Positions 10,512 through 19,615 of a stretch of 64,000 nucleotides of DNA are shown piece after piece. Every line of letters starts with the position of its first letter. Within the stretch, counting starts at the first letter, position 1. Location of the stretch: assembly GCA_046543335.1 (NCBI GenBank), contig JBKGZP010000004.1:5620-69619 (forward strand). The letters are read 5' to 3'. The notes under the pieces were generated by a model. The model was not told the origin of the DNA and made no database searches. It saw only the letters and a program-made list of their open reading frames with translations. Origin of the DNA: Halobacteriales archaeon (lineage in GTDB: Archaea; Halobacteriota; Halobacteria; Halobacteriales; SKSH01). Made by a program: the position numbers and the translations under genes.

Positions 10512-10805
10512 TCAGTCGCGACGGAAGTGCAGCAGCGACCGTCCGGCGTCGGCCAGCAGCCGGTCGGCGAGGCCGTCCCCGCCGACCGAACCTGCCGGGG
10601 GACGATCGTCGCGCGCGTCCTGCAACAGCGTTTCGTAGTGTTCGATGATTCGATCCAGTTCGGTCTCCCGCCGTTCCAACTCCTCCTCGAGGAACCGGAC
10701 GGCCTCGTCGGGATCCTCTGGGCGCACCGCCTCGGCGTCGGGGCGCGTCCGCCGGTACGTCGGGCGACCATCGGCACGTTGGGCTGAGGAGCGTCGAGTC
10801 GCCAT
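10512..10805 (-). CDS. Small hypothetical coiled-coil protein
   Basis: Acidic helix FLEEELERRETELDRIIEHYETLL; fills the gap between neighbours. Confidence 0.6.
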   Translation of the reverse strand: MATRRSSAQRADGRPTYRRTRPDAEAVRPEDPDEAVRFLEEELERRETELDRIIEHYETLLQDARDDRPPAGSVGGDGLADRLLADAGRSLLHFRRD

Positions 10806-10872
10806 GACCGCACGTCCCCGTGGACGGACGACACCAAAAGGCTATGTCAGACGCAGGAACGACGCCGGAGCC

Positions 10873-11091
10873 TCAGCCGTGCGGTGGCGTCGTCCACCAC
10901 CGCATGCCGAGGTAGGCGGTGACGCTGACCAGCGTGGCCAGGGCGATGACACTCGGGGGAACGCCGACGTCGGCGGCGATCCACGGCAGCCCGACGACGA
11001 GCAGGAGCCAGAACGCGACGATGGCGGCGAGGCTCGCTGCATCGAAGAGGACGTCTCCCGCGTGCGAGCGAAGATCACCGCGTGCTGCCAT
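10873..11091 (-). CDS. Small two-TM hypothetical protein
   Basis: Two hydrophobic helices in 72 aa. Confidence 0.55.
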   Translation of the reverse strand: MAARGDLRSHAGDVLFDAASLAAIVAFWLLLVVGLPWIAADVGVPPSVIALATLVSVTAYLGMRWWTTPPHG

Positions 11092-11164
11092 CGCCCGTTC
11101 GTACTGGTTGCGACGGTAAGAGCTTCCTCCAAGTTCAAAGACGGGTTTTGGTGGTCCGACTCGC

Positions 11165-12001
11165 CTACCCGTATCGCTCGAGCAAGCCGTCGGCGAACGG
11201 TGTCCGCCGCCCGCGACGGTCAGCGACCCGCTCGGCGAGCTCGACGGCCACGTATGCGAGGACGAGCCCGGCCACGACGTCCGTTGCCCAGTGAATCCCG
11301 AGGTACATGGTCGAGACGACGACGCTGGCCGCGATGGCCGCGGAGACCGGGAGCCACCGGGGGTACGTATCTCGGGTGCGCCACGCCAGGAGGACCACCG
11401 TCGCGGCGAGCGACGCGTGGAGCGACGGGAACACGTTGGTGTTGCGGTTCACCTGCCGGGTGAGGTTCTGGTACTCGGGGTAGGTCGAGTACAGGAGCGG
11501 TTCGACGGTATCCGGCAGGAGGTTTCGGGGGCCGTACGCGATGACGACGAGGTAGAAGAGGAGGCCCAGCAGGTAGTTCGAGGCGTACGCGATCACCAGC
11601 GTTCGCAGGGGTCGGTTGTCCTCGAGCGCCATGTAGGCGAGCAAGGGGAATACCAGCAGGAAGGCGTAACCGTAGACGTACATCCTCGAGAAATAGACGG
11701 TCACCGGGGGGCTCGCGAAGGACTGCACCCAGACGATGAAGTCACCCTCGAGCTGATAGATCGGGTCGGTGATCTCGAGGCCGATGATCCACGAGAGGTC
11801 GGGTCCGAACTCCCGGGCCAGAGCGTTCACCAGCAGGACCACCGCGAGGAGACCGATTTCCGGGACGATCGAGAGGGTGCGCGCGAACCAGTCCTCGCGC
11901 AGCTCACGAAGCCGTTCGTACCCCACGATCGTCGCAAGGCCGACGAGCACGAGTGCGCCGACGACGAAGCCCAGTCTGATGAACAGGTCCAGGACCATCA
12001 C
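11165..12001 (-). CDS. PAP2 superfamily (Aur1/inositolphosphorylceramide-synthase-like) membrane phosphoesterase/phosphotransferase
   Basis: GPR, NVFPSLHA and STMYLGIHWATDVVAG motifs. Confidence 0.85.
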   Translation of the reverse strand: MMVLDLFIRLGFVVGALVLVGLATIVGYERLRELREDWFARTLSIVPEIGLLAVVLLVNALAREFGPDLSWIIGLEITDPIYQLEGDFIVWVQSFASPPVTVYFSRMYVYGYAFLLVFPLLAYMALEDNRPLRTLVIAYASNYLLGLLFYLVVIAYGPRNLLPDTVEPLLYSTYPEYQNLTRQVNRNTNVFPSLHASLAATVVLLAWRTRDTYPRWLPVSAAIAASVVVSTMYLGIHWATDVVAGLVLAYVAVELAERVADRRGRRTPFADGLLERYG

Positions 12002-13746
12002 GAACGACGACCGAGGAGGACTCCCTCCTCGTCGTACCGGTACCCCGCTTCGATCAGCGCCTCTCGGGCCCTGGCGGCGCCGAGGACGCCGTCCTCACCG
12101 AAGAATGGGACCTCGGGATCGCCGTCATCCCATCGGAGGTCCTCCGGAACCCAGGCGGGGTCCGCGACCGGGGTCGACGCCACCCTGGCGAACCCCTCGA
12201 AGACGACGTCCGAGAGGTGTTGTTTGTCGACGAGGCGGGAAACGACGCGGCGGAAGTTCGTATTGCTCAACGGTCGGTTGCGGATGTTGTAGGCCACGTG
12301 GTAAAAGGTAGGGGGATCGGCCACGGCGATTTCCCCGAATTCGAGGCTCTCGAGGTCCTCGTCGGGAGCGATCGGATCGAGCGTCAGATCGAACTCGCCC
12401 TCCGAGATGCCCTCGAGGGCGGTGGGGTCGTTGGGGACGGCGTCGAACTGGAGCGTCCCGGCGGGCGTCTCCACCGGGTGGGACAGCTCGAGGCTGTCGA
12501 TGAAGTGATCGTCGACGCGTTCCAGGCGGAGGAACTCTCGGCGCTGGTGATCGACGTACCGGTAGGGACCGGACCCGACCGGGGGCATGTTGCTCGTCAC
12601 GAGCCCTTCGGTGAAGGTGTCACGCCACTCGATACCTGCGAGCTCCGCGGGGTCGGTGCGATCGCGCCAAACGTGCCTCGGCAGGATCGGGATGAGGAGG
12701 GCCCGGTTCGCCACGGTCGGATCGGCGTCGAAGGTGATGTCGAGCGATCGGATCGACGTCACGTCGGTGGTGTCGACGAGCCCGAGGCGACCGCGGTATC
12801 GCGGCGCCGGAATTGCCGTTTCTCGGTCCCCCATCGAGGTGTCCGACAGGTACCGGTAGGTGAAGGCCACGTCCTCCGCCGTGAGCGTCTCGCCGTCGTG
12901 CCATTGCGCCTCGCGGAGGGTTATCGAGGCCGTCGAGCCCGACCAGTCGATGCGGCTGGCGAGCCAGGGGACCACCCCCGACGGGGTGCGGACGGCGAGC
13001 TGGTCGTACAGCAGCCCAGTCACGAGTCCGCGCTGGCGAAACTCGACGGACAGCGGATTCAGGTTCCGCGTGGCCGCGGGGTCTCTGATCGACAGGGTCA
13101 TCCGATCCAACGAGCGGGTGGTCGACAGGTTGTAGAGGTCGAACCCCTTGTCGAAGGCCTTGCCATCGACCTGCCCGACGCGGTCCATCCGGTATGCCCG
13201 TCGATCGAGGGGGAACGCGATCGGGTTGAACGGTTGCTCCTGTGCGGTGCGCTGGAGGATCTCTCCGATCAATGTCCGCCGGTCCTCTCCGGATAGTTGG
13301 CGCTGCTCGAGGAGCGCTTCGTCGAGCTCCAGGTTCGTGAAGCCGTACGGGTTTTGCCACCCGCTCTCGGGTGCGAACCGCGAATGGAGCGTGCTGTACA
13401 GAAAGTCGGGGTCGGTCCCACCCGGATGGCGGGCGATGGCCACGTCGAAGTTGTGGTTGACGAGCACCTCGACGCGAAAGCTGTCCGGGGACAGCAGGTC
13501 GATCGAGGTCTCGATGCCGATGGCCTGCAGGTTCGATCGCAGGCGGTTGGCGATTCGCACGGACACCGGGTCCGCGTCAGCGGGGAGGGCGGCGATGGAC
13601 AGGGAGACCCGCTCCGGGTCGTCTCGGCCGAGGATGTTCCGAACGTTCCCCACGCATCCGGCGGTGGCGGCCGCGACCGCACCGGTGGCTGCGAGGAAAC
13701 CGCGTCGACCGAGGTCGTACCTGCGGTCGGATTCGTTCGGAATCAC
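11998..13746 (-). CDS. ABC substrate-binding protein family 5 (peptide/nickel), Tat lipoprotein
   Basis: GRRGFL..AGC; WHDGETLTAEDVAFTY; PVGSGPY. Confidence 0.88.
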   Translation of the reverse strand: MIPNESDRRYDLGRRGFLAATGAVAAATAGCVGNVRNILGRDDPERVSLSIAALPADADPVSVRIANRLRSNLQAIGIETSIDLLSPDSFRVEVLVNHNFDVAIARHPGGTDPDFLYSTLHSRFAPESGWQNPYGFTNLELDEALLEQRQLSGEDRRTLIGEILQRTAQEQPFNPIAFPLDRRAYRMDRVGQVDGKAFDKGFDLYNLSTTRSLDRMTLSIRDPAATRNLNPLSVEFRQRGLVTGLLYDQLAVRTPSGVVPWLASRIDWSGSTASITLREAQWHDGETLTAEDVAFTYRYLSDTSMGDRETAIPAPRYRGRLGLVDTTDVTSIRSLDITFDADPTVANRALLIPILPRHVWRDRTDPAELAGIEWRDTFTEGLVTSNMPPVGSGPYRYVDHQRREFLRLERVDDHFIDSLELSHPVETPAGTLQFDAVPNDPTALEGISEGEFDLTLDPIAPDEDLESLEFGEIAVADPPTFYHVAYNIRNRPLSNTNFRRVVSRLVDKQHLSDVVFEGFARVASTPVADPAWVPEDLRWDDGDPEVPFFGEDGVLGAARAREALIEAGYRYDEEGVLLGRRS

Positions 13747-13884
13747 CGTGGCCGAATCGTAACGGGCGGGTTATTAATATGGTGTCGTTGCGCCCGAGGC
13801 CGGGCCGCCCTCTCCTGTCCCGACAATGCCGTGCGGGGCCCCGCACGACGACTCGAGGGGTGATCGGTCACGGTGGGGATGCGA

Positions 13885-15483
13885 TCAGGTCTTCGCGGAC
13901 CCTTCCTGGGCGAGGAGCACGAGCATCGACAGTCCAGAGATCCCGATGAGGAGGATCGCCGGTACGGCGGCGTACTGGTAGAAGCCCTGCTCCTGTGCCC
14001 GCCATATCTGCGTGACGATGGTCTCGAACCCCCGGGGGCGCAAGAGGAGCGTGATTGGCAGCTCCTTCATGGTGGTCAGAAAGACGAGGGCGCCACCCGC
14101 GACGACGCCAGGGGCCAGCATCGGCAGCGTCACCCGCCGGAAGACGCGAAGCCGGCTCGCACCGAGGGTGCCGGCCGCCTCGATGAGCCGGGCGTCGACC
14201 TGGACGGCCGAACCACCGAGGGCGCTGACGGCCTGCGGGAGGAACCGAACGACGTACGCGAAGGTCAACAGCCCGAGCGTGGGATACACCACGGGAGCGA
14301 CGTTCGCGCCGAGGTACACGAGCGCGAAGCCGAGGACGATCCCCGGGACCGCGAACCCGAGGTACGTGACCCGCTCGAGGATGTCCGGGAGGAGCCCCCC
14401 GTGTCGACGGGCGAGGTAGGCAACCGGAACGGCCGCCGCCGCCGCGACCAGCGCCGTCACAACCGCGACGAGCACCGAGTTCATCGCGAAACTCCACTCG
14501 AACGCGAGCGAGGAACGCCGAGCCGTGCCCGGATCGACGAGCCAGGCCAGCAGGATCCACAGGGGGATGCCCAACGACACCGTCACGACGGTGAGCGGAG
14601 CGAGGACGGCCGGCCACCGCCACCGTCCCAGCGAGATGGGTCGTCCCGCGGCGCGGCGCACCTGCGAGCCCCGGCCGGCCTCCGGGCGGACCGAGCGCTC
14701 GAGGATCAGCACGAGCACGACGAGGGCGAGGAGCTCGAGCGAGAGGATCGCGGCGTAGTCGTGCCCTAAGGACCGCAGCTCCAGGTAGATCTCCCGGGTG
14801 AACACGGACGCGCGCATGATCGCGGGCGTGCCGAAGTCGGACAAGGCGTACAGGGCCGAGAGCAAGGCACCGGCGGCGACCGCCGGTCGGACCTGCGGTA
14901 TCGCGACCTGCCAGATGGCCCGAGCCTGGCCATGATTGAGGCTGCGAGCCGCGTCGAGGAGGCGTTCGTCGAATGCGATCAAGGCGGCTCGCGTGGTAAG
15001 GAACACGTAGGGATAGGTGTACATCGAGATGATCAGGATCGCTCCCCGGAGGCCATAGATCGAGGGTAGCTCCGTCACGCCGAGGGGTTCCAGGAGGTCG
15101 ACGAATCGCCCGCGGGGGCCGAAGGCAGAGACGACGGCGAAGGCGCCGACGTAGCTGGGGACGACGAGCGGGAGCGCGACGAGGACGGTCCAGAGGCGGC
15201 GGTACGGGAGGTCCGTCAGCGTGGTCAAGACGGCGAGGGGGACCCCCACGATGACGCCAGCGGCCGTGACGCCGAGCATGAGCAGGAGGCTATCGAGGAG
15301 GACCTCTCGGGTGCTGTCGCGGACGAGCAGCTCCCACCCCCGGGCGGGGTCGACCGCGGAGGCGGCCAGGACGAGCCACACCAGCGGCGAGACGACCGCG
15401 ATGGCGATGGCCCCCGTCAGCAGGATGAGCCCGAGCGGGACGTCGCCACCGCGTCCGCCTAGTCGGAGGGCGACCCGCCTCAT
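13885..15483 (-). CDS. Fe(III)-type ABC transporter permease (FbpB/SfuB-like, duplicated domain)
   Basis: Two EAA-like motifs (LLDAARSL, LIEAAGTLGA); PSYVGAF, SDFGTP and MKELPITLLL; start at ATG 15483. Confidence 0.9.
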   Translation of the reverse strand: MRRVALRLGGRGGDVPLGLILLTGAIAIAVVSPLVWLVLAASAVDPARGWELLVRDSTREVLLDSLLLMLGVTAAGVIVGVPLAVLTTLTDLPYRRLWTVLVALPLVVPSYVGAFAVVSAFGPRGRFVDLLEPLGVTELPSIYGLRGAILIISMYTYPYVFLTTRAALIAFDERLLDAARSLNHGQARAIWQVAIPQVRPAVAAGALLSALYALSDFGTPAIMRASVFTREIYLELRSLGHDYAAILSLELLALVVLVLILERSVRPEAGRGSQVRRAAGRPISLGRWRWPAVLAPLTVVTVSLGIPLWILLAWLVDPGTARRSSLAFEWSFAMNSVLVAVVTALVAAAAAVPVAYLARRHGGLLPDILERVTYLGFAVPGIVLGFALVYLGANVAPVVYPTLGLLTFAYVVRFLPQAVSALGGSAVQVDARLIEAAGTLGASRLRVFRRVTLPMLAPGVVAGGALVFLTTMKELPITLLLRPRGFETIVTQIWRAQEQGFYQYAAVPAILLIGISGLSMLVLLAQEGSAKT

Positions 15484-15516
15484 GTGCGAGCCCAGAGCCG
15501 CCGGGGGGTTAAACCG

Positions 15517-15532
15517 TTTAGGTTCGCCTAAA
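15517..15532. promoter_or_regulatory. DtxR/MntR-family operator, box 1 (TTTAGGTTCGCCTAAA)
   Basis: Perfect TTTAGG-N4-CCTAAA inverted repeat next to the TTTAA TATA-like element of the permease. Confidence 0.8.
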
Positions 15533-15542
15533 GTCACCACGT

Positions 15543-15558
15543 TTTAGGCAAACCTAAA
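15543..15558. promoter_or_regulatory. DtxR/MntR-family operator, box 2 (TTTAGGCAAACCTAAA)
   Basis: Same palindrome 26 bp from box 1, upstream of the divergent glycosyltransferase. Confidence 0.8.
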
Positions 15559-15591
15559 CATTCATTGGTCGCCAGCTCGGACCCTCCACGC

Positions 15592-16323
15592 ATGACGGAC
15601 GAACGGGCGCGACACCGCCCATCCCCACCCCCCGACGGGTACGACTTCGACGACGTGGTCGTCGTGATGGGCACGTACAACGAGGCGGCGGCGGTCGGGA
15701 CGGTCCTCCAGGACATCGACCGCGTCACCGACGGTCGAGCCAGCGTCATCTGCGTCGACGGATCCTCGGATCGCACGCCCGAGATCGCCCGCGAGCACGG
15801 CGCCCACGTCATCGAGCAAGAACCCCGGGGGTATGGGGTGGCACTCGAGCGGGGGCTGCGGGCTGCCGACCGACCCGTCGTGGTGACGACCGATTGCGAC
15901 GACACGTACCCGATGACGGCCCTGCCGCGCTTTCTCGAGGCGATCAACGACGGTGCTGATGTCGTCAGCGGCGACCGCATCTCGTCGAATCCCGACGCGA
16001 TGCCCCGGTTCAACCGGTTCGGCAACCGGCTCTTCGCGCTCGTCGCGAGCGGGCTCGTCGGACGACGGCTGCACGATGTGACGACCGGGATGCGGGCCTA
16101 CCGGCACGAGGTGATCGAGTCGATCGAGTGGACGGAGAACACCGGGCTCTCGGCCGAACTCCTGATGCGTCCCGTGATGCGGGGCTACCGCGTCCGCGAG
16201 GTTCCCATCGAGTACGACGATCGCCTGGGCGAGACGAAGCTCGACCCCCTGCGTGGCGGGGCGGAGATAGCCGGATCCATCCTCAAAGTCGGCATTGCCG
16301 AGCGCGCGTCGGGGGTCGCCTGA
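15592..16323 (+). CDS. Dolichyl-phosphate hexose transferase (GT2, resembles Haloferax HVO_1613)
   Basis: VVMGTYNE, CVDGSSDRT, GYG, TTDCDDTYP (DxD), DVTTGMRAY. Confidence 0.85.
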   Translation: MTDERARHRPSPPPDGYDFDDVVVVMGTYNEAAAVGTVLQDIDRVTDGRASVICVDGSSDRTPEIAREHGAHVIEQEPRGYGVALERGLRAADRPVVVTTDCDDTYPMTALPRFLEAINDGADVVSGDRISSNPDAMPRFNRFGNRLFALVASGLVGRRLHDVTTGMRAYRHEVIESIEWTENTGLSAELLMRPVMRGYRVREVPIEYDDRLGETKLDPLRGGAEIAGSILKVGIAERASGVA

Positions 16324-16335
16324 CCCGAGGATCGG

Positions 16336-18453
16336 TCAAGGTCGGTCCTCGTCGAGGGACACCTCGAACGACACCCCCGCGATGTGGACGTCCGGTCGAT
16401 CGGGCAGGTAGGTGCCCTCGGAGCCGCAGCGGTCGACGAGGCGACACACCCGCCGTTCCGGCGGCCAAACGACCTCGACCGTGTCACCGGTCGAGCGGAC
16501 GTTTACCGACTGGTGGTAGGTCAGCGTCGCACCGCCCGGTTCGACGAGCCTGACGAAGAGGTCGACGCGATCGTGGTCCGCCAGCTCTAGGGACCGATTC
16601 GGTCGATCCTCGAGCGCGACCGCCTCCGGGGTAACCGTCCATTCGACGACGGCCTCGTCGCCGGATGGCGCCACCGACTCGACAACGGCGCGCTCACCCG
16701 ACGCCTCGAGGCGCACGGTGTAGTGCTCGACCCGGTCGGGGATGCCGACGGCGGCCCGCCCGCGGAGGCGCTCGCCACGCCCGATGCGAAGGCGCTCGAT
16801 CCTCGCGTCGACGGGTTCGGGGGCGGCGGCGTCCCACGAACCGCGGTACGTCAGCCGGTGCAGGTCGCGGTCGGGGTACGCCGAGCGGAGCTCGAACGTC
16901 CGGGCGGCTCCGCCCGCCTGGGCGAAGACGACCGGTCCATCGAGGCCGGGTTGGTTGCGCAACGACTGGAAGGGATGGTTCAGCCACGGGCCGTAGGGCG
17001 TGGGCAGCTCGACCACGGCCCCCTCGAGGTCGGCCGCCTCGACGGGCTCGTACACCGAGGCGTACCGCTCCGTGTATCCGTCGTGGCGCTCGAGCGGACC
17101 GGCGAGCAGGACCGCGGTGACGCCGCCGGCGAGGACCGCCGCGACGAGGACGACCGCGACGACGGTTCGCCGTCGACGGGGATCGGCCCACACCGGCTCG
17201 GGATCCACCTCGGTTCGGGCGAGCCCCCACTGGATGGTCGCCGCGAGACCGGCGGCCGCGAAGATGGCCAGCGGCCAGAGGACGTCGAGGTGGTAGAACG
17301 GGCCGAAGAGGCTCACGAGGCCGTCGGTCGGGTCCCAGGGGGTCCCCAGGAGGTTGTGGTTGCCCCAGAAGGCCACGTTCCCGAGGATCGTCGTGGCGAC
17401 GACACCGAGGAGCAACCCGCGACCGACCGCCTGGCGATCGAGCCCACGCTGGCGCACCTCGAGGGCGGCAGCGACGACACCGAGGCTCGCTAGGGCGACT
17501 CCGAGAACCCCCAGCGGACCCCATCGGGTGATGAGGTACCAGAGGTTCCACAGCGACGACCGGACGCCCATCGCGGGGGTGTACTCGACGGCGTGTCCCA
17601 GGATCGCCCGGCTGCCGAAGCCCGGGCCGTCGCGAGGCGCGAAGGCTTGGTAGGGAAACACGAGGGGGTCGCCGGTCATCCGCGCATTGTACGCCAGGCT
17701 GAGGGCGACGAATCCGAGGCCGAGGGCGGCGGTGACGGCATTCGTCGTCACCGCACGATCGAGGGGTCGTCGACCGAGCCAGCTCCTCGCGACGCGCCAG
17801 GCGGCGTGTCCAACGAACGGGGCCCCGACGAGGACGGCGGTGTACGGCCGCGCGAAGAAGGCGAGCCCGATCGCCACGCCGGCGATGGCGGCCGGACGGT
17901 ACCGACCGGTCCGGTACGTCCGGAGGTAGCTCCAGGCGAACAGCAGTGCGAGCGTCGTCGTGGGCGCGTACGGGAGGAACGCCGCCGAGGCGAGGATTGT
18001 CATCGGCGCGAGCGAGAACGCGCCCGCGGCGAGGAGGCCGATCCGGCGGTCGAAGGTGCTGGCGCCGAGGCCGTAGACCAGGAGGACGTTCGCGGCGGCC
18101 ACGGCCCCGAGGGCGACGCGTGCCTCGCCGACGGTTGCCATCGCGAGCGCGTACAGCCCGGCCGGGTAGGGCGCGTACTTCGGGTACAGCCGGCCCCCGT
18201 CGGCGACATAGAACCACGGTCGGACCGCATCCGCAAGGGCCCCGGCGGTCAGCTCGAGCTGCCCCGCGAGCAGCAGCTCCGCCTGTTGGAGGTAGACCGC
18301 CTCGTCGTGGTTGGCCGAGAGGTGGGGAATGACCTCGCTACCGGTGAGCACCGTCGCGACACCGACGAGGAGCGCGACCGCGACGGCCGCGACGACCGCC
18401 GACGGCGGTCGTCTCGTGCGCGCGAGCGAGTCAAGCGGCGAGGGCCGTGACAC
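16336..18453 (-). CDS. GT-C fold (ArnT/PMT-like) membrane glycosyltransferase with extracellular C-terminal domain
   Basis: NHDEAVY acidic motif after the first TM, YPKY, FFARPYTA, many TMs; start at GTG 18453. Confidence 0.8.
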   Translation of the reverse strand: MSRPSPLDSLARTRRPPSAVVAAVAVALLVGVATVLTGSEVIPHLSANHDEAVYLQQAELLLAGQLELTAGALADAVRPWFYVADGGRLYPKYAPYPAGLYALAMATVGEARVALGAVAAANVLLVYGLGASTFDRRIGLLAAGAFSLAPMTILASAAFLPYAPTTTLALLFAWSYLRTYRTGRYRPAAIAGVAIGLAFFARPYTAVLVGAPFVGHAAWRVARSWLGRRPLDRAVTTNAVTAALGLGFVALSLAYNARMTGDPLVFPYQAFAPRDGPGFGSRAILGHAVEYTPAMGVRSSLWNLWYLITRWGPLGVLGVALASLGVVAAALEVRQRGLDRQAVGRGLLLGVVATTILGNVAFWGNHNLLGTPWDPTDGLVSLFGPFYHLDVLWPLAIFAAAGLAATIQWGLARTEVDPEPVWADPRRRRTVVAVVLVAAVLAGGVTAVLLAGPLERHDGYTERYASVYEPVEAADLEGAVVELPTPYGPWLNHPFQSLRNQPGLDGPVVFAQAGGAARTFELRSAYPDRDLHRLTYRGSWDAAAPEPVDARIERLRIGRGERLRGRAAVGIPDRVEHYTVRLEASGERAVVESVAPSGDEAVVEWTVTPEAVALEDRPNRSLELADHDRVDLFVRLVEPGGATLTYHQSVNVRSTGDTVEVVWPPERRVCRLVDRCGSEGTYLPDRPDVHIAGVSFEVSLDEDRP

Positions 18454-18482
18454 GGCTGCCTGGGTCGTCGGGCCCGACGCCC

Positions 18483-19595
18483 TTAGAGGTCGACGCCCAC
18501 GTCGCGCATCAGGTCGATCGTGCCCTGGAGGTCGGAGAGCTCGGCGAGGTCGATGTTGGGGACATCGAGCTCCGTGATGCGGGGGAGGTCGCCGACGGGG
18601 TCGACATCGGGCGCCATGGGGTATTCGAAGGTCTCCGTCGCGAAGTAGGCCTGCGCCTCGGCCGAGAGGAGGTGGCGCACGAAGTTCTCCGCCAGCTCGG
18701 GGTCGTCCGTCGCGTCGACGACGCCCGCGCCCGCCACGTTGAACATCGCCCCGGCGTCGCCGTCGGTGAACGCCGTCGCGATCGGGGCGTCCCCGCGGTT
18801 CGCCAGCACGCGCTGGATGTAGTAGTGGTTGGTCAGTCCCGCGTCGATTTCTTCGTTGGCGATGGCCTCGCAGACACGCATCTCGTCGGCGTACGTCTCG
18901 AAGCCCGCATCGATCGCCGACTCGAGCCACGAGCGCGTCGCCTCCTCGCCCTCGAGCGTGCGCATCGCGGTCACGAACGCCTGGCAGGAGCCGTAGCTGG
19001 GCGCCCAGCCGACGGTCCCATCGAGGTCGGTCGGGATCGCCATGACGTCCGCGGGGATGTCGTCCTCGTCGAGCACGTCCGTGTTGTACGGGACGGTCCG
19101 CGCGCGCCCGGAGGTGCCGATCCAGCGCTCGTAGGCGAACTCCTCGCGGACGAGTCCCCGGATCTCGTCCGAAAGCGTGCGAAGGCGCTCCTGGTCGGCC
19201 AGGTTGATCAACGCACCCGCGTTGACCGAGAAGAAGACGTCCGCGTCGGTACCGTCGCCCTCGAGGAGGATCGTGCTGGCGAGGTCGCTCGAGCCGCCGT
19301 AGTTCGGGACCACCTCGAAGTCGTCGTACAGCGATTCGATCGAGTCGATGAGGGAACTGACGAGGAACTCGTGGCGCCCCGAGAAGAGCGTCAACTCACC
19401 CTCGAGGTCGGGCATCGCCGACATCGGCGTGCCGTCGTCGCCGAGGCGTCGGCCGGGTCCGGAGCCGATCCAGTTAAACGGCGTTTCATCGTCTTCGCCG
19501 TCCAGGATGTCGAGGCAGCCGGCGGTACCGGCAACGGTCGCCCCCCCGAGGCTCGCGATGAAGGCCCGGCGACGGAGATGGCGGTCGGTATCCAT
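18483..19595 (-). CDS. Fe(III)-type ABC substrate-binding Tat lipoprotein (FbpA/FutA-like)
   Basis: RRRAF..TAGC; FSGR, ADVFFSVNAG, NHYY (tandem Tyr iron ligands), TFEYP. Confidence 0.9.
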   Translation of the reverse strand: MDTDRHLRRRAFIASLGGATVAGTAGCLDILDGEDDETPFNWIGSGPGRRLGDDGTPMSAMPDLEGELTLFSGRHEFLVSSLIDSIESLYDDFEVVPNYGGSSDLASTILLEGDGTDADVFFSVNAGALINLADQERLRTLSDEIRGLVREEFAYERWIGTSGRARTVPYNTDVLDEDDIPADVMAIPTDLDGTVGWAPSYGSCQAFVTAMRTLEGEEATRSWLESAIDAGFETYADEMRVCEAIANEEIDAGLTNHYYIQRVLANRGDAPIATAFTDGDAGAMFNVAGAGVVDATDDPELAENFVRHLLSAEAQAYFATETFEYPMAPDVDPVGDLPRITELDVPNIDLAELSDLQGTIDLMRDVGVDL

Positions 19596-19597
19596 GG

Positions 19598-19615
19598 TTT
19601 TAGGCACACCTAAAA
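19598..19615. promoter_or_regulatory. DtxR/MntR-family operator, box 3 (TTTTAGGCACACCTAAAA)
   Basis: 7-bp arms, 2 nt upstream of the SBP start codon; overlaps the stop codon of the upstream gene. Confidence 0.82.

Noticed and set aside
18454-18930. N-terminal extension of the GT-C ORF given in the track (864 aa)
   Set aside because: It overlaps the SBP gene and is an Arg-rich frame artefact; GTG 18453 is the more plausible start.
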